From positions 1 to 28,879 of IMG/VR virus record IMGVR_UViG_3300025103_000114: a stretch of 28,879 bases of DNA. The stretch is one strand, 5' to 3'. Each line of letters opens with the position of its first letter. Position 1 is the stretch's first letter. The position numbers and the translations under genes were made by a program. The notes beneath the pieces are model-generated. The model saw only the letters and a list, made by a program, of their open reading frames with translations. It made no database searches and was not told where the DNA came from. Shown piece by piece: positions 24,792 to 28,879 of the stretch. Source of the stretch: a virus (Duplodnaviria > Caudoviricetes).

Positions 24792-26542
24792 TATTCTTCT
24801 CCTGTTGATTGTGCTGGCGAGGGACTACTAGGTGCAGAAAAACTACTAAATACAAAATCAGTTATATTGCCTAACACTCTACCTTCTAATTGTCCTTGAG
24901 CTATATCTGCGGCTAATTCAATGTCTTTATCAAAAGCAAACGAAGATAAAGCTAATTGATTTTGAAAAGCAGTCTCATTTAATGAAGTAACTCTAGAAAA
25001 ATTAACCTGATCACGATGTTCTTGTAGTAGATTGTTTTGTGCAGTCTGACTTATATTAAATAATGTACGAACATTATATTCATTCTCTGCATTAGCTATA
25101 GCAGTATTAGCTGTATTTATATTACGTCTATACACCGCATTAGCCTGATCTATTAAGATAGAGTTTTTTTGATTAAATTGTTCTCTAGTATTTCTTAATG
25201 TTGAATTAAATTGGGCAACAGTATTTTGTTGTCCAGCATTAAATTGGCTCATGGCGTTTTGTTGGGCAGCGTTAAACTGAGAAGTACTATTAAATAATGA
25301 TGCAAAGAATTGGTCATTCTGCTGTTCATTAGCAGCATTAAATTGTCTAGATGCATTTGTAGCAGCCTGATCATTAAATAATGATTGTACTCTATTAGTT
25401 GTATTAGTAACTCTAGCCTGTTGTTCATTGTTAAGATTAGCTAAATCTAGTTGCATTGTCATTTGGGCATTAACTACTTCTGCCTGTTGTCTGTTATTTA
25501 AATTTAATTCTTGCATACTACGATATGTCTGAGCATCAGCAGCCGCTATAGGTGTAGCAGCTTCCATAGCAGCCTGTAAGATAGCAGCCCCTGCCATACT
25601 AGATGCACCCATACCTCTAGAAGCCAGCATACTTTCCGCATTTCTAATAGCTCCAGCAGCCCACGCAGGTATTTTACCATCTTCAAACTGAGCCATTAGT
25701 CCTTCTAATTGACCCTGAACAGTAGCTTCTTTTTCTACTGTACCTGCTTGTGCTTGAACAGTATCTGTTAAACCTTGTTGTTTTGCAGCTTCCATAGCTT
25801 CAGCTTTAACGTCTTCAAAACTTTTTTCTGCTGTAAAAGAAGTAGGACCAGCTTTAGTTTGTTGGTCAGCAGTTTGAGCAGTACCAGTTTTTGTAGTAAT
25901 TTGTCCTGTAGTTTCATCTATATTATACTGAGTAGGGTCTAAAAATTCATTGGCTGCTGGTGCTATTCTACTTAATTCTAGTGTAGTACCTTCAGGTAGA
26001 GTAGGAGTTTCAGCTAACTGTCCTTGCTTACCCAGTGCAGTTAATTTACCATATTCATCTGTATATCCTGATTTAATTCCTACTGAAGTCTTAAAGTTAT
26101 CATAATCTTCACCGCCACCTAAAGAACTAAATTCACCTTTAAATCCTATTGACCTACCTGTTTTTCTATTTTTTAAACCTTCTAATGTACCTGTTAATGT
26201 TGCTAAATCCTGATTTCTAATATCTTCAATAGAAGGTAAATCACCACCGATTAACTCTTCACGTAACTGACCTGTTTCAGGATTTACGTATTCTTGTTCT
26301 AGTAATGCACGAAGATTACGTTCATGTACTTGAGTAGGATCAAGTGCAGGTTGAGGGGCAACTACTCCCCCACCAGGAAGCATTTCGCCAGGTGTAAGAT
26401 TAGGGGTAGTGGCCCCAGAAAACTTTAACCACTCTTGATTCTGTTGATTAGCATTAAATGCATCTGTTTGAGCTTGTAGATTAGTATTGAATGCATTTGC
26501 TTGAGCTTGTTGATTAGCATTAAATACAGGAGGTTCTGCCAT
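24791..26542 (-). CDS. Putative internal virion protein with QFNA repeats, 583 aa
   Basis: TVQGQL..L, PAWA.GA.R, RG.GASS.AG.A..QAAME, repeated QFNA/NxxQ coiled coil. Confidence 0.7.
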   Translation of the reverse strand: MAEPPVFNANQQAQANAFNTNLQAQTDAFNANQQNQEWLKFSGATTPNLTPGEMLPGGGVVAPQPALDPTQVHERNLRALLEQEYVNPETGQLREELIGGDLPSIEDIRNQDLATLTGTLEGLKNRKTGRSIGFKGEFSSLGGGEDYDNFKTSVGIKSGYTDEYGKLTALGKQGQLAETPTLPEGTTLELSRIAPAANEFLDPTQYNIDETTGQITTKTGTAQTADQQTKAGPTSFTAEKSFEDVKAEAMEAAKQQGLTDTVQAQAGTVEKEATVQGQLEGLMAQFEDGKIPAWAAGAIRNAESMLASRGMGASSMAGAAILQAAMEAATPIAAADAQTYRSMQELNLNNRQQAEVVNAQMTMQLDLANLNNEQQARVTNTTNRVQSLFNDQAATNASRQFNAANEQQNDQFFASLFNSTSQFNAAQQNAMSQFNAGQQNTVAQFNSTLRNTREQFNQKNSILIDQANAVYRRNINTANTAIANAENEYNVRTLFNISQTAQNNLLQEHRDQVNFSRVTSLNETAFQNQLALSSFAFDKDIELAADIAQGQLEGRVLGNITDFVFSSFSAPSSPSPAQSTGEE

Positions 26543-26558
26543 ATTCTTATTCCATTCC

Positions 26559-27896
26559 TTATGTTGGTCTTTGATTCATCAATGATGCATTTCTAGACAA
26601 TAATTGTTGAATCAACGCATCTCTAGGGTCATTAGCCATTGGACCCATTGGACCTACTTGCTGATTAGCAGGTGCGGCGGGTGCGTTTTGAGCAAATTGT
26701 GCTACTTGTTGTTGTAATGGAGCAGCGGCCTGTTGAAATTGTTGTGCTTCAGCCTGTCTTTGTTGAGTAAGTAATTCTGAAGCACGATTAGCCTGTTGTC
26801 CTACTCCTTGTAGTTGAGATTGCAAAGCAGCCTGATTAGATCTTTGATCACCCATAATATTACCACGTTGACCTGCCGCCTCACGTTGGTATTGTTCAGC
26901 CCCTGCTTGAAAGTCTCCAATTTGACTACCTAATTGAGAAGATACACTACCTAACTCTGCTGTCAAATCTCTACCTACGCCAGTTAATTGTGTCCCTAAT
27001 CCTGTTTGACCAGACATTAATCCAGCTTGATTTGCAGCCAATCCTGCTTGACCAGCAAATAAGGTAGAAGGTTGTTCTATCTCAGGATCAGCAGTTCCTA
27101 TAGCTGACTGAATATCTGTTTGACCTGCTGTTAATCCTGTTTGACCTGCTGTTAATCCTGCCTGACCAGCAAATAGGTCTGTCTGTCCTTCACCAGCAGT
27201 TCCAATACCAGCTTGTATACCAGCTTGGCCTGTAGTTAATCCTGCTTGACCAGCAAATAGGTCTGTTTGACCTGTTCCTGCTGTTCCTATACCAGCTTGT
27301 AGTCCTGCTTGACCTGCAAATAAATCTGTCTGACCTGTTCCTGCTGTTCCTATACCAGCTTGAATATCTGCTGTTTGACCCATTAAACTAGGAGCTTGAC
27401 CAGTTCCAGCAGTTCCTATACTTGTACCAATACCTGTTACTTGTCCTGCTAAAGGATCTACTACATCCCTTATACCTTGTTGACCTGTAGCTAATCCTGC
27501 TGTTTGACCCATTAAAGTAGTTTGATCTGCAGCAGTTTGAGCAGTAGTAGGTGTTCCTATACTACCTGCTACACCACTAATATCACTTTGTATAGGAGCA
27601 AGATCTACAGGAGCAGGTGGAGGTGGTGCAGTAAAAGAAAATGTTTGACTACCATCAGTAGAAGTACCAGCTTGAGCATTATTTTCTAAAGGACTGGTAA
27701 CTGCAACTGCTTCCGCTCCTATTCTATTTTCTCTAGTACCAAAATTTATGGCATGATCTACAGCAGCTTTTTGATAAGCTTGAATATACCCTGGAGTATT
27801 AAGAGCAAAACCTGTCGCTGCTGCTGTATTTGCTGCATGAAGTTGTACATCTGGATTTTGTGCAAGATACATACCTATTTCGTGATTAGTTGCCAT
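26559..27896 (-). CDS. Gly/Gln/Ala/Thr-rich repeat protein, 445 aa
   Basis: GGAGG RBS; repeats AGIGTAGTGQTDLFAGQAGL; Gln-rich C-terminus. Confidence 0.8.
   Translation of the reverse strand: MATNHEIGMYLAQNPDVQLHAANTAAATGFALNTPGYIQAYQKAAVDHAINFGTRENRIGAEAVAVTSPLENNAQAGTSTDGSQTFSFTAPPPPAPVDLAPIQSDISGVAGSIGTPTTAQTAADQTTLMGQTAGLATGQQGIRDVVDPLAGQVTGIGTSIGTAGTGQAPSLMGQTADIQAGIGTAGTGQTDLFAGQAGLQAGIGTAGTGQTDLFAGQAGLTTGQAGIQAGIGTAGEGQTDLFAGQAGLTAGQTGLTAGQTDIQSAIGTADPEIEQPSTLFAGQAGLAANQAGLMSGQTGLGTQLTGVGRDLTAELGSVSSQLGSQIGDFQAGAEQYQREAAGQRGNIMGDQRSNQAALQSQLQGVGQQANRASELLTQQRQAEAQQFQQAAAPLQQQVAQFAQNAPAAPANQQVGPMGPMANDPRDALIQQLLSRNASLMNQRPT
27040..27515 (-). repeat. Coding tandem repeats (21-nt and 63-nt periods)
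   Basis: 27241-27299 vs 27304-27362 near-identical; TGTTTGACCTGCTGTTAATCC twice at 27117-27158. Confidence 0.85.
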
Positions 27897-27897
27897 T

Positions 27898-28137
27898 TTA
27901 CTTTCCTCCTCTTTCTAATACTTTATCTAATTTATCCTCTAACCTGTATAATGCGTCTGATACCATTTTCATATCTTCACGCAACTCATGTTTAGTAGAG
28001 TAGTCTTCTCTAGTACGATTGAGGAGTATATCTATGCGCTTAACCTCTGCCATGAGATTTCTGAACATCCATATTGCAGGTGCAATCACCAGTGTTAGTA
28101 CTACATTCCAAAATATTACTGGTGATATTGCTTCCAT
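27898..28137 (-). CDS. Small TM + coiled-coil protein (holin-like candidate)
   Basis: VIFWNVVLTLVIAPAIWMF helix followed by EVKRI.ILLNRTRE...RLEDKLD. Confidence 0.75.
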   Translation of the reverse strand: MEAISPVIFWNVVLTLVIAPAIWMFRNLMAEVKRIDILLNRTREDYSTKHELREDMKMVSDALYRLEDKLDKVLERGGK

Positions 28138-28140
28138 AAA

Positions 28141-28488
28141 TCATTCCTTTACTATTAATTCTGTTGCAGATATGGCAGTACCTGCTACGACACTTGTGCT
28201 GTCTGCTGTTAATCCAAGTGTACCGTCTTCCTGCACAAAGTACTGTTGCCCTGCTGTTAAGCTAGACTGATCAGCATTTACTGTACCTATTGTATCTACA
28301 GTTACGCTCTGTCCATCTGCATAAGTACCGCCTGATGCTATACCTATATAGTTTTCTGTGGTGAGATTTGACCCATTAACCACACTCACAGTACCTGCAC
28401 TATTAACCACAACAGGCTTACCATTAGTTATAGCACCAGATGCAAACGCTTTGTATTTACCTTTTTCTGTTGGTGGTACTGTACGCAT
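28141..28488 (-). CDS. Short tail/virion-associated beta protein, 115 aa
   Basis: ASGAI.NG.PVVVNS.GTVS joined directly to NLT.ENYIG...LTAGQQYFVQ.DG.L...AGTAISAT.L.VK. Confidence 0.8.
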   Translation of the reverse strand: MRTVPPTEKGKYKAFASGAITNGKPVVVNSAGTVSVVNGSNLTTENYIGIASGGTYADGQSVTVDTIGTVNADQSSLTAGQQYFVQEDGTLGLTADSTSVVAGTAISATELIVKE

Positions 28489-28490
28489 CT

Positions 28491-28877
28491 TTACCCTTTC
28501 ACCAATAACTTAGTAGCAGACAGTGCTGTTCCTGCTGTTACAACATTTGCTGATAATGCGCCTGACAGATCGTTTGCACTTTGTTGTATTATAGCAGTAC
28601 CATGAGAACTGTTACCTTGATCCTGATACACCATAACCATTCTGTTTGCATTGCTATCAAAAGCTATACCTAAATCCTCAACAGCAGCCGCTTCAAATAC
28701 TATTTCGCTACCAAAACTTATAGATGTTCCACTGACAGTACCCACTGCATATGTTCCATAATCACTATTAGCATCGTCTTCATACATAATTATGACTTTA
28801 TTTACATTGCTGTCAAAAGCTACTTGTGGATGAAGAGTAGCACCACTATTAAAAGTTGCTTCTGATCCAAAACTTAT
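28491..28877 (-). CDS. C-terminal part of a tail-fibre-like beta-repeat protein (truncated by window edge)
   Basis: Frame open to the edge; repeats ISFGSE..F...AFDSN.N....Y.D..NS..GT; ends AGTALSATKLLVKG. Confidence 0.8.
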   Translation of the reverse strand: MSFGSEATFNSGATLHPQVAFDSNVNKVIIMYEDDANSDYGTYAVGTVSGTSISFGSEIVFEAAAVEDLGIAFDSNANRMVMVYQDQGNSSHGTAIIQQSANDLSGALSANVVTAGTALSATKLLVKG

Positions 28878-28879
28878 AC

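Noticed and set aside
17673-28270. Plus-strand ORFs in the - block (17673-18029, 21084-21317, 21648-21884, 22531-22740, 23582-23809, 27753-28270)
   Set aside because: Antisense shadows of virion genes, with Ser/Leu/Phe-rich non-coding-like composition
28141-28540. Similar 3' ends of the two tail genes as a DGR template/variable pair
   Set aside because: Differences are mostly synonymous and not adenine-specific; no reverse transcriptase in the window
1-28879. Stop-codon reassignment
   Set aside because: Core genes are full length in the standard code, and TAA, TAG and TGA all terminate genes at tight junctions

Overview
This 28.9-kb window is a fragment of an AT-rich dsDNA phage genome, most likely a marine HMO-2011-type podovirus. 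The main evidence is a family-A DNA polymerase with a DnaJ-like CxxCxGxG insert, together with MazG and a class II ribonucleotide reductase. Two gene blocks converge at about 17.2 kb. The + strand carries (i) an early/accessory region of small ORFs including a GP88-like Cys-rich protein, a C5-cytosine methyltransferase and an HTH protein, (ii) the replication and nucleotide-metabolism module (MazG, primase, helicase, SleB-like hydrolase, PolA, endonuclease VII, probable SSB, two PD-(D/E)XK nucleases, DUF3310, NrdJ), and (iii) a short accessory tail. The - strand carries the end of the virion module (tail-associated proteins, internal virion proteins, an MscS-like miniprotein, holin candidates). 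The most notable observations are a circularly permuted C5-MTase (motif order IV-X then I-III) coupled to a putative Fe-S protein, a gene cassette bracketed by an exact 26-bp duplication of the convergent terminator, an 81-nt G-U-rich RNA hairpin, six unannotated membrane microproteins, and two tail paralogues with complementary domain losses. All family calls come from motif recognition by eye; no database search was run.
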